This document shows, piece by piece, positions 37,389 through 52,100 of a stretch of 64,000 nucleotides of DNA. The stretch covers positions 89,095 through 153,094 of the forward strand of contig CAXBQP010000001.1 in the NCBI GenBank assembly GCA_963978095.1, given 5' to 3'. This DNA comes from an uncultured bacterium (GTDB lineage Bacteria > Gemmatimonadota > Gemmatimonadetes > Gemmatimonadales > Gemmatimonadaceae). The notes under the pieces were generated by a model. The model saw nothing but the letters and a program-made list of their open reading frames with translations. It was not told the origin of the DNA and did no database searches. The first letter of the stretch is position 1; each line of letters opens with the position of its first letter. Both the position numbers and the translations under genes were made by a program.

Positions 37389-37430
37389 AAGAAAGCGGGG
37401 GTTCCCGGTACCGGGAACCCCCGCTTTCTT
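37389..37430. terminator. Bidirectional intrinsic terminator: perfect 20-bp-arm palindrome
   Basis: AAGAAAGCGGGGGTTCCCGG-TA-CCGGGAACCCCCGCTTTCTT has a T-rich run after the stem on both strands. It lies between convergent pufC and puhC. Confidence 0.8.
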
Positions 37431-37483
37431 GTGGCGACGCGATCGCGGTGAACGATCTGCTGACGGAGTCGCTCGGAAAAGCG

Positions 37484-37966
37484 TTACTTCCCGGCGAGCA
37501 GCAGGACGCGGAACGACTCGACTTGGGTCGGACCGAATGAGCTGATGGACACGCGTTCGCCGGTGGAGGGATCGTCCAACGTCATGCGCCCATTTTCCCA
37601 TTGCGTGAGGATAAAGGGCTCCGACGGCTCGACATGTGCAGCCCGACGCGACCGCGCGAGACTCCGGATGGCACCGCGCAAGAACTGATCACTGTTCGGC
37701 GGCACCTGGAAGACGTTCCGGTGCGCGATCGCGTCATAGACGTCAATGCCACCATTCGTGGCGTCACTGAACACCAAGGACCGTGACCCGACCATGGGCC
37801 CGTCGGGCTCATCGTACGCGCCTCGCCCGAACCGCGTGGCGGAGATGGCGAACCAAAGCGTTGCAGCGACGATCACGAGTGCCACGACCAAGAATGGACG
37901 CGGGGGCGTCAGGTCCTGCATGGCCGACTGCTGCCCTGGCTCGCGTTCGAAATGAATCTGCGTCAT
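37484..37966 (-). CDS. puhC: Photosynthetic complex assembly protein PuhC
   Basis: 160 aa with a single N-terminal TM ('PFLVVALVIVAATLWFAI'). ATGA overlap with the puhB stop. It sits in the canonical position after puhB. Confidence 0.75.
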   Translation of the reverse strand: MTQIHFEREPGQQSAMQDLTPPRPFLVVALVIVAATLWFAISATRFGRGAYDEPDGPMVGSRSLVFSDATNGGIDVYDAIAHRNVFQVPPNSDQFLRGAIRSLARSRRAAHVEPSEPFILTQWENGRMTLDDPSTGERVSISSFGPTQVESFRVLLLAGK

Positions 37967-38616
37967 ACGGTAACCGCGGAGAACCCGGTGATGCTGCCCG
38001 CGGCAGCGCCAGACGCTGGTGCAGCAGCCTCCGGTGCCGCTCCCTCGACGGCCAACGCGGCCGTCCGGAGGATCGCGCCGACGGCTGCGGCATCCCGCAG
38101 TCCGCGCAGGACCGGCTGCGGATTCTTGAGGTGCCAGGCTCTCACATGCGGCCACAGAATCAGCCACGCGAGTCGATCCGCCGATTGGACTTCGATCGCG
38201 ATTTGCCCGGTCCCATCGCGGAACATGCGCGTCGCAGCCCCCCGGATCGACCGGAGTGGAAGATTCAGGGTCATCGGCAGTACGATGCCGATGCGCATCA
38301 CCACGCGACGATCCGTGATGATGTACCGCGTCGTCCGCGCGCAAGCCACCGCCAGCACGAACGCGATGAGGATGGCGAACGCGGCGCTCCCGAGTTGCAG
38401 GCCCAGCATCTCTCGGAACTCGGCACTGCCGAGCGCCGATCGGGTGTTGAACGCCCACGCCCCGATCACCACGGCGAAATAGACGGTCAGCGCCCACACG
38501 TGGAACGCGTGCCGCGCGAGCGCCGCTCGATCAGGCTGTTCCTCCCACAGCACCCGCTCCCCGACCGGAAGAGGTTCAGGGGCGCCAGGGATAAACCTCC
38601 GCTCGTCCACGACCAT
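37963..38616 (-). CDS. puhB: Photosynthetic complex assembly protein PuhB
   Basis: 217 aa containing 'RYIITDRRVVMRIGI' and 'WPHVR'. ATGA overlap with the stop of the puhA C-terminal ORF. Confidence 0.75.
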   Translation of the reverse strand: MVVDERRFIPGAPEPLPVGERVLWEEQPDRAALARHAFHVWALTVYFAVVIGAWAFNTRSALGSAEFREMLGLQLGSAAFAILIAFVLAVACARTTRYIITDRRVVMRIGIVLPMTLNLPLRSIRGAATRMFRDGTGQIAIEVQSADRLAWLILWPHVRAWHLKNPQPVLRGLRDAAAVGAILRTAALAVEGAAPEAAAPASGAAAGSITGFSAVTV

Positions 38617-39161
38617 CAGAGCAGCGGTTGCGAGCGATCCGGCGTGGCGTACAGGTGACCGCCACCGTAGTACGCGCAAATCTTGTCTTCCTCCAAAAGG
38701 GTAATCTCGGTGCGGCTCTTCGTCCCCGGCACCTCGGAGAACTGGGCCGCCGTGATCGCCTTGACGCGCACATGATCCAACCCGAACAACCCCAAGTTCG
38801 GCCACGCCACGAACGTCACCGGGAGCAGAACGTGTCGTCCGCCCGTCGCGAGCGTCACCTCGTAATACCGGACCTGCGGCTCCGACCGATCGACCCACAG
38901 ATCGGAGATCGTACCGGCGACGACGCCGTCACAGGCGCGTACCGGCAATCCACGCGGATCCGGATCCCCTTCGGCGATCGAGAAATCCGTGGCCACCTGC
39001 ATCGGCACGATCTTCGGCTTGCCATGGGCGGTCAGATCCGGCACATCCGCTCGCTGTGCCCAGGAGGCAGGGCCCACCCCGTCGATCATCGGATTGCCCG
39101 TCGGAACGAACGGCGATCCATTGAACCCGTCGACGGGTTCCATTTTCAAATCCTGACTCAT
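38616..39161 (-). CDS. puhA: Reaction-centre H subunit, cytoplasmic domain, encoded as a separate ORF
   Basis: '[88 protein letters not shown]' is collinear with the C-terminal ~70% of canonical PuhA. ATG 39161 overlaps the upstream ORF stop (ATGA). GGGAGG lies upstream. Confidence 0.85.
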   Translation of the reverse strand: MSQDLKMEPVDGFNGSPFVPTGNPMIDGVGPASWAQRADVPDLTAHGKPKIVPMQVATDFSIAEGDPDPRGLPVRACDGVVAGTISDLWVDRSEPQVRYYEVTLATGGRHVLLPVTFVAWPNLGLFGLDHVRVKAITAAQFSEVPGTKSRTEITLLEEDKICAYYGGGHLYATPDRSQPLL

Positions 39162-39364
39162 GCGTGTCCGCCTCCCTGCGTATGATCGGGGTGAATGAAC
39201 GTCTTCGGTTCCGGGACCGTGGGCCACCCTTCACGGGGACCCTGGGGCGACTCGAGCGGATATCCCTCGCGCTTGTCCTCACGGCGGAGATACACGATCA
39301 ACCCGAAGAAAAAGAGCCAGAAACAGTACAGCGCGATTTGCGCAGCGTCGAAATAGTGTGTCAT
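39158..39364 (-). CDS. puhA: Reaction-centre H subunit, N-terminal transmembrane segment, encoded as a separate ORF
   Basis: The 68-aa protein '[38 protein letters not shown]..' is the canonical PuhA TM helix with the [11 protein letters not shown] motif. It ends at a TGA in a different frame from the cytoplasmic-domain ORF. Confidence 0.85.
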   Translation of the reverse strand: MTHYFDAAQIALYCFWLFFFGLIVYLRREDKREGYPLESPQGPREGWPTVPEPKTFIHPDHTQGGGHA

Positions 39365-39394
39365 GCCTCCTCCTGAGAATGCGCCGAAGCCCGG

Positions 39395-40846
39395 TCAGGC
39401 TGGAAGATCAGCGAGACCAAACTCTTGTTGCCGGCGAATCGCGCCGGCGCGAACCATCGAAACCAGTGGCCCCAACGCCACCAACGTGGCGAAGAGGGTG
39501 ACAATCTCCATCGCATACACGACGCTGTACGGCATCGCGGGATTGCGGAGCACGGCACTGACACGCCCCTCGGCGATCATGCGGGCCAACTCATCGCGGA
39601 TCGCTCCCGAGCTGGCCAGGGCGAGCCCTTCGGTCGTCGCGAACACCGCGCCCCAGGCGCCGAGCGCGATACCATGCTGCGTCGAGTCGCGAAGCCCCAT
39701 CGCCGCACTCAGCGTGCCCACGCCGAACAATCCCTCGCCGGTGCCGATCAGGAAGGTGCCGCACTGGAACAGCATGGCGGAATGCAGCGGCGCGGCGAGG
39801 ATGACGCAGGCGAACGCCACAATGCCGGTAGCAACGCCCAGCGCTGCGAGGCGGATCGGGTCCAATCCCCGTTCCAGCAAGAGTGCGGCAACCATGAAGG
39901 CGAAAATGCCGCCGACGGCCATGACACCCGTCAAACCCGTCGTTTGCGACACGGAAAAGCCGAGGATCTCGCCGCCGTAGGGTTCGAGAAGTACATCCTG
40001 CATGTTGAAGGCGAAAAAGCCGCATCCCACGGCCACGAGCAGACGGACCGCGGCACCACCCTCCGCGAAGGTCCGCCACGCCTCACGGAAGAGCGGACGG
40101 CGCTCTCCCTTCTGGTACGGCGTCACTCCCCGTACGCGCGCCTCCTGCCGCCACATGGAATAGGTGTTCACGACGACCGTGAACACGGCCGTCGCCTGGA
40201 TGACCTGGATGAGTTTGCCTTCCGTGAATCCCTGCAGCGCAACGCCGAGGACCAGAGAACTCAACACGGTCCCGATCAGCAGCATCAGATACATCAGCGC
40301 GATGATGCGGGGCCGTTTGGCCTCCGGTGCAATGTCGCTCGCCAGCGCGAGTCCCGCGGTCTGAATGGTATGCGCACCTGCGCCCACGAGAAAGAATGCC
40401 ACGCCGCTGCCCACATAGCCGATGAAACGGGGGCCCCAGTGTTGATCACCGCCCAGAACGATCAGGGCGAACGGCATGATGGTCAGCCCTGCGAACTGCA
40501 TCATGGATCCAGCCCAGACGAACGGCACGCGCTTCCAGCCCAGCACCGACCGGTGCGTGTCGGAGCGAAAGCCGATCAGTGCCCGGAATGGCGCGACCAG
40601 CAACGGAATCGCGATCATGACCGAGACGATGGTCGCACTGAGCTTCAACTCGAGGATCATCACGCGATTCAGCGTGCCGAAGAACAGCGTCTGCACCATG
40701 CCGCACGTCAACTGAAAAAGGCTGAGGCGAAGCAGACGCGACAGCGGCATCTCCGGCGTCGCGATATCCGCGAAAGGCCGCCACTTGGAAACAATCCCCA
40801 AGGTGAAGCGCTGAAGCCGCAAGAGCAGTGCGCGCAAGAAGCTCAT
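39395..40846 (-). CDS. lhaA: LH1 assembly factor LhaA (PucC/BCD family MFS protein)
   Basis: 'LRLSLFQLTCGMVQTLFFGTLNRVMILEL' and 'FRSDTHRSVLGWKRVPF' are PucC-family signatures. ATG 40846 lies 1 nt after the acsF stop. 40864 is an alternative start. Confidence 0.8.
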   Translation of the reverse strand: MSFLRALLLRLQRFTLGIVSKWRPFADIATPEMPLSRLLRLSLFQLTCGMVQTLFFGTLNRVMILELKLSATIVSVMIAIPLLVAPFRALIGFRSDTHRSVLGWKRVPFVWAGSMMQFAGLTIMPFALIVLGGDQHWGPRFIGYVGSGVAFFLVGAGAHTIQTAGLALASDIAPEAKRPRIIALMYLMLLIGTVLSSLVLGVALQGFTEGKLIQVIQATAVFTVVVNTYSMWRQEARVRGVTPYQKGERRPLFREAWRTFAEGGAAVRLLVAVGCGFFAFNMQDVLLEPYGGEILGFSVSQTTGLTGVMAVGGIFAFMVAALLLERGLDPIRLAALGVATGIVAFACVILAAPLHSAMLFQCGTFLIGTGEGLFGVGTLSAAMGLRDSTQHGIALGAWGAVFATTEGLALASSGAIRDELARMIAEGRVSAVLRNPAMPYSVVYAMEIVTLFATLVALGPLVSMVRAGAIRRQQEFGLADLPA

Positions 40847-40847
40847 C

Positions 40848-41915
40848 TCACCAGACCGGTTCAAGACGGAAGTTCACAGGCAGTTCCGCGTGCTTGGCCG
40901 GCAAGAGGAACATGCGGGCGAAAATCACGGCATTGGACGCCTTCGCCACTGCCCCACGCAACACACCACCGAGGCCGCCCGTCTTCTCCGCCTCGGCGAT
41001 AGCCAGCGTGTTCTGGTACATGGACTCCATCAAGGCCCACAACTTGGGATTGTCCACGTCGATCGTCACCGGGAAGACTTGGCGGCTGATCTCATTGGTC
41101 AAGGCGATCACGCGACGATCGAAATCGTTGACATCGAATCCCAACTGCTTGAAGAAATCCGCGCGCAGATGGTCACGGACATACATCGTCGCAAACACCG
41201 CCAAGAGGAAGAAGCGGATCCACAGCTTGTTGCCGCCGCGCAGGAACTGCGGGTTGGCACGCATCAGAATGGCGAACGCCTCACCATGCCGGAACTCATC
41301 ATGGCACCAGTTCTCGAACCACTTGAAGATCGGGTGGAACCGGAACTCGGGATGGGCTTCGAGCTGCCGATAGATCGTGATGTAGCGGGCGTATCCGATC
41401 TTCTCGGAGAGATAGGTGGCGTAATAGATGTACTTCGGCTTGAAGTACGTGTACTTCTTGGCCCTGGTCAGGAAGCTCAGATCCACCGCGACGTTGAAAT
41501 CATTCAACGTATGGTTGATGAATCCGGCGTGCCGCCCTTCGTCGCGGCTCATGAAACCGAACAACTCGCGGATATCCTTGTTCTTCACCCGCTTCTTGAT
41601 CTCCGCGTACAGGATGCAGCCCGAGAACTCCGCCGTGACCGAGCTCGTCAAGAACTCGATGAAGGAGCGCTGCAGCTCGAGTGGCCATCCGGTCCAATCC
41701 AAGTCGAAGTCGGCGTTGCGCTTGAAGTGGTCCTTGTTGGGATCGCGCCGGAACTCATCCACCATTGCATCCCACATCTCACGCATCGACTCCACGTTCA
41801 AGCGGTCGAGTTCGTCGAAATCCGTGGTGTAGAAGCGCGGATTCAGCGCGGCATCCTCACGCGCGGCCTTCGTCGTCTCGTTGATGGGCGCTGCCGTCGT
41901 CGCGTCGTACATCAT
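40848..41915 (-). CDS. acsF: Aerobic Mg-protoporphyrin IX monomethyl ester oxidative cyclase
   Basis: Di-iron motifs 'SRDEGRHAGF' and 'CHDEFRHGEAF'. 'FYTTDF' N-terminus. 355 aa. Confidence 0.95.
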   Translation of the reverse strand: MMYDATTAAPINETTKAAREDAALNPRFYTTDFDELDRLNVESMREMWDAMVDEFRRDPNKDHFKRNADFDLDWTGWPLELQRSFIEFLTSSVTAEFSGCILYAEIKKRVKNKDIRELFGFMSRDEGRHAGFINHTLNDFNVAVDLSFLTRAKKYTYFKPKYIYYATYLSEKIGYARYITIYRQLEAHPEFRFHPIFKWFENWCHDEFRHGEAFAILMRANPQFLRGGNKLWIRFFLLAVFATMYVRDHLRADFFKQLGFDVNDFDRRVIALTNEISRQVFPVTIDVDNPKLWALMESMYQNTLAIAEAEKTGGLGGVLRGAVAKASNAVIFARMFLLPAKHAELPVNFRLEPVW

Positions 41916-42244
41916 CAGCCCTCGAACCCCACTTCGTACAGGTCGGTGATTCCACTCGTGCCGAGCACACGCACCAGCACGCGCCGCGGCCAGCTCACCT
42001 GCGTGACGGTCGCGCGGGAGGTCATGATGGCCTTGGTCCCGATCGGGATCTTCGATGGTGCCGCATGCACCAGCACTTCATCGCCCTCGTTCACGTCGAT
42101 GCCGTCGAGCTCCACATGCGCGTGGAAGTGATCCTGCGTGGCCTCAAGATCGATGGTACACGGGACTTCCGAGCGGCGTCGGGCCAGCATCCAGGCCCCG
42201 AGCACCACCACGGTTCCCAGTCCTGCGAGGAGGGACGTGTTCAT
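41915..42244 (-). CDS. Small membrane-anchored protein of unknown function, translationally coupled to acsF
   Basis: The 109-aa protein begins 'MNTSLLAGLGTVVVLGAWMLARRR', a TM anchor, and continues into a soluble His/Asp-rich domain. GAGG lies upstream. Its stop overlaps the acsF ATG (ATGA). Confidence 0.6.
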   Translation of the reverse strand: MNTSLLAGLGTVVVLGAWMLARRRSEVPCTIDLEATQDHFHAHVELDGIDVNEGDEVLVHAAPSKIPIGTKAIMTSRATVTQVSWPRRVLVRVLGTSGITDLYEVGFEG

Positions 42245-42254
42245 CGTGACGACC

Positions 42255-43046
42255 TCATGCGCCCACTCCGAGGACCACCTCGTCATCATCCGACGACGTC
42301 GTCCGCACGAGTTCAAGCGCTTGTGAGATGTAGAAGGCGCTCTGCACGCGGGTCGTGCGAGCGGGGGTCCAGTCGCCGAGCGTCGGCGACGTCGCGATTG
42401 CCTCGTACAGCAATCGCCGGCGCAACGGCTCGATGGCCGGCGCGCGGTTCGTGTGCTCGGTATGCGGCACAAGCCGTCCCACGGCGTGCATCAGCTCGAG
42501 CAACGGCGTACTCGGGGCGTACGTCGCCACGATCGAACCGCGGGTCCGCGCCGCCAGCGCGGATACGGCATGCATGACGTCCTCGAGCCGATAGTGGATC
42601 AGCGAATCCATCGCAAACACGTGATCGAACTCGCCGAACTCCGGGGACAACATGTCACCGGCGGAAAACTCGATGCGGCCCGACAGAGGCTCCTCGGCCA
42701 TGCGCGCCAGGCCGACCTCCACCGCCGACGGCGCCAGATCGATCGCCACCACGTCCGCGCCGCGGCGCGCGAGCTCGATCGATGCCGTGCCCGTGCCGCA
42801 CCCGGCATCGAGAACGCGCTTCCCGGTCAGGTCGGCGGGTAACCACGAGAGCAACGTGTCGCGCATGTTCGCGCGTCCCGCGCGAACCGTCGCCCGGATC
42901 CTGCTCACCGGAGCATCCGAGGTCAGCGCCTTCCATCCATCGGAGGCCGTCCGGTCGAAATACTCCGTCAGCCACGACCGCCGTTCGGCATACGTGGAGG
43001 GAATCGATTCGCCGGCGCCCCGCACCGCGTGACTGGATGATGTCAC
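42255..43046 (-). CDS. bchM: Mg-protoporphyrin IX methyltransferase
   Basis: 'KRVLDAGCGTGTASIELARRGADVVAIDL' SAM fold. GTG 43046 lies 2 nt after the bchL stop. The longer track ORF overlaps bchL. Confidence 0.9.
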   Translation of the reverse strand: MTSSSHAVRGAGESIPSTYAERRSWLTEYFDRTASDGWKALTSDAPVSRIRATVRAGRANMRDTLLSWLPADLTGKRVLDAGCGTGTASIELARRGADVVAIDLAPSAVEVGLARMAEEPLSGRIEFSAGDMLSPEFGEFDHVFAMDSLIHYRLEDVMHAVSALAARTRGSIVATYAPSTPLLELMHAVGRLVPHTEHTNRAPAIEPLRRRLLYEAIATSPTLGDWTPARTTRVQSAFYISQALELVRTTSSDDDEVVLGVGA

Positions 43047-43048
43047 GG

Positions 43049-47592
<4,544 letters not shown>

Positions 47593-47603
<11 letters not shown>

Positions 47604-49185
47604 AATGCGCCTTGGCCTCGTACAGCGTATCAACGGTGATCTGCAGGATCCCCTGGGCGGCGGCGAATTTCTCGGTGTTGCGCCGCGCCTTGCCGCGGAC
47701 GAAGAACGGGATCTTCCCGAGCTCCTTTTCGCCGTCGGGCGTCCAAACGGGAGGGGTGAATGCGCCGACCGATGCCGTCTTCGCCACCGGCTGTTCGACC
47801 ACCCGCTGCGTGGCGCTGTCCGCGACACCGGACGTCTCCGCACGCGCTGGCGCGTGCAGATGGCTCGGCGCCGCATCACCGTGGAACTCGAAATCATCGC
47901 GGAACATGTGCAGCAAATGTTCCTCGAGCCCCATCATCAACGGATGCACCCACGCATCGAAGATCACATTCGACCCTTCCCACCCCATCTGGGGCGAATG
48001 CCGGGCCGGAACATCCTGCACATGGAAGGGTCCCGAGATCACGGCGCAGGGCACTCCAAGACGCTTGGCGATGTGCCGCTCCATCTGCGTGCCGAGCACC
48101 AACTCGGGGGCGGCCGCGCCGATCGCGGCCTCCACCTCGAGGTAATCATCGGTGATCAACGGGTCGATCCCCAGGGCCGTCGCGGCGGCGCGCACGTCAC
48201 GCGCCATCTCGCGGGCATAGGTACCGATCCCCACCACCCGGAAGCCCAGTTCTTCCGTGGCGATGCGAGCCGCACTGATCACATGGGTGCCGTCGCCAAA
48301 GATGTAGACCCGCTTGCCGGTCAGGTATGTCGAGTCGACGCTGCGCGAATACCACGGAAGCCGCGACGCACCCTCCTCGACGGCGGCCGTGACATCCACC
48401 CCCGCGATCGCTCCCACCTCGCGGAGAAAATCACGGGTCGCACCGACACCGATCGGCACCGTCTTCACGTACGGCATCCCGTGATTGCGCTGCAGCCATC
48501 CGGCCGTGGTCTGCGAAATCTCCGGATACAGCGACACATTGAAGTCCGCCTCCGGCAAGCGCACGAGATCGGCCGGTGACGCGCCCCACGGCGCGATCAC
48601 GTGCACGTCGACCCCGACGGACTCCAGCAAGGCGCGCACCTCGCGCACGTCGTCGCGGCTGCGAAAGCCGAGCGCCGTGGGGCCCAGGATGTTCGCCGTG
48701 GGGCGACGACCCTCGCGCGGCGCACGCACCACCGGCGTTGTCCGGGTGCCGACCATCGTGCGCACCAGATGATAGAACGTCTCCGACGCCCCCCAGTTCT
48801 CCTTCTTGGAGTACGAGGGCAGTTCGAGCGGCACGACCGGCACCGGGAGCTTGAGCCCCATGGCCAGCGCCCCGGGTTGATCTTGGATCAGCTCGGCCGT
48901 GCACGATTCCCCGACCAGCAGCGCCTGCGGCGTGAATCGCTCATAGGCATCCTGAATGGCGGTGATGACCAGGTTGGCCGTATCTCCGCCCAAGTCGCGC
49001 GCCTGGAAGGTGGTGTACGTCACCGGTGGACGGCGGTCGCGGCGCTCGATCATCGTGAAGAGCAGATCGGCGTACGTGTCCCCCTGCGGTGCGTGCAGCA
49101 CGTAATGCACGCCGGTCATCGAAGTCGCGATCCGCATCGCGCCGACGTGCGGCGGTCCCTCGTACGTCCAGAGCGTGAGCTGCAT
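47593..49185 (-). CDS. bchB: Light-independent protochlorophyllide reductase subunit B
   Basis: '[38 protein letters not shown]'. ATG 49185 lies 2 nt after the bchN stop. Confidence 0.95.
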
Positions 49186-49187
49186 CG

Positions 49188-51148
<1,961 letters not shown>

Positions 51149-51255
51149 GCCTCCGCAACTTCCGGATACCTTGCGCGTACGGGATTCGTGACACACCGTG
51201 TCAGGACTCCCGTACGCTTGCAAGCACATTCATCAGGGACTGAGCATCGGCCGTC

Positions 51256-52074
51256 ATGCGTCCAGAAGAGAGCCGCGAACCGCACGGCGCCGGAGCGCCG
51301 GAGACGTCGCATCGGGCGCGTGAGGGGGACCGCGCGTATCACGCGGTCGCGCACGAGACGGCTGCCACCCAAGCGACCGCTCCGGTGGATCCGTCGTTGA
51401 GCACTCGTCACATCACGACCGACGACCTCCACACCTTCGTCCGGTCGCTGCGCTCCTCGGACGAGGGGGAGTGCACCGCCTGCGTCAATGCCCTCATCGC
51501 GCGCGGCATTACGGCCGAGACCATCTACCTCGACCTGCTGGACAACGCTGCGTTGCAGTTTGGCGAAATGTGGAATGACGACAGCTGCGACTTCGTCGAT
51601 GTCACCGTCGCCTTGGGCCGCCTCCAGCGGATCTTGCGGGACCTCAGCCATAAGTTCCTCGCGGATCGAGCCGCGCCGGATTCCATTGGTCGAGTCCTAC
51701 TTTCGTCTATCCCTGGAGAGCACCACACATTAGGTTTATTCATGGTCGCGGAGTTCTTCATCCGCGAAGGCTGGGACGTCAGGCTTGGCGCGCCCCTGAC
51801 ATCAGCCGAACTGGGGTCGCTTCTCCGGGAAACCCGCTTCGATGTCGTCGGCTTCTCGGTCGCGTCGTCCGAACGGCTCTCCCATGTCAAACGCACGATA
51901 CGTCAACTTCGGCGTGATTCGCAGAATAGAGCCCTCGCGGTGATGGTCGGAGGGCCGGTGTTCCGCGAACGCCCATCGTTGGCCGCCCATGTCGGAGCCG
52001 ATGGCACTGCACCTGATGCCCGCACTGCACCCGCGCTTGCTCGCCGTCTCATCACTCAAGGGGATCCGTGCTGA
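51256..52074 (+). CDS. ppaA: Cobalamin-binding antirepressor PpaA/AerR
   Basis: B12-binding domain with 'GEHHTLG' (D/E-x-H-x-x-G) and 'MVGG'. It lies immediately upstream of ppsR, as in proteobacterial PGCs. Confidence 0.8.
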   Translation: MRPEESREPHGAGAPETSHRAREGDRAYHAVAHETAATQATAPVDPSLSTRHITTDDLHTFVRSLRSSDEGECTACVNALIARGITAETIYLDLLDNAALQFGEMWNDDSCDFVDVTVALGRLQRILRDLSHKFLADRAAPDSIGRVLLSSIPGEHHTLGLFMVAEFFIREGWDVRLGAPLTSAELGSLLRETRFDVVGFSVASSERLSHVKRTIRQLRRDSQNRALAVMVGGPVFRERPSLAAHVGADGTAPDARTAPALARRLITQGDPC

Positions 52075-52100
52075 CCCGCCCGTTGGTCGGCACCGCCTAA

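Noticed and set aside
39140-39180. The puhA split as a simple sequencing frameshift or a decaying pseudogene.
   Set aside because: I could not reject this fully. It is disfavoured because the junction is an exact ATGA stop/start overlap with a GGGAGG SD, and both halves are intact and conserved to their ends. It is listed as the refutation test of the finding.
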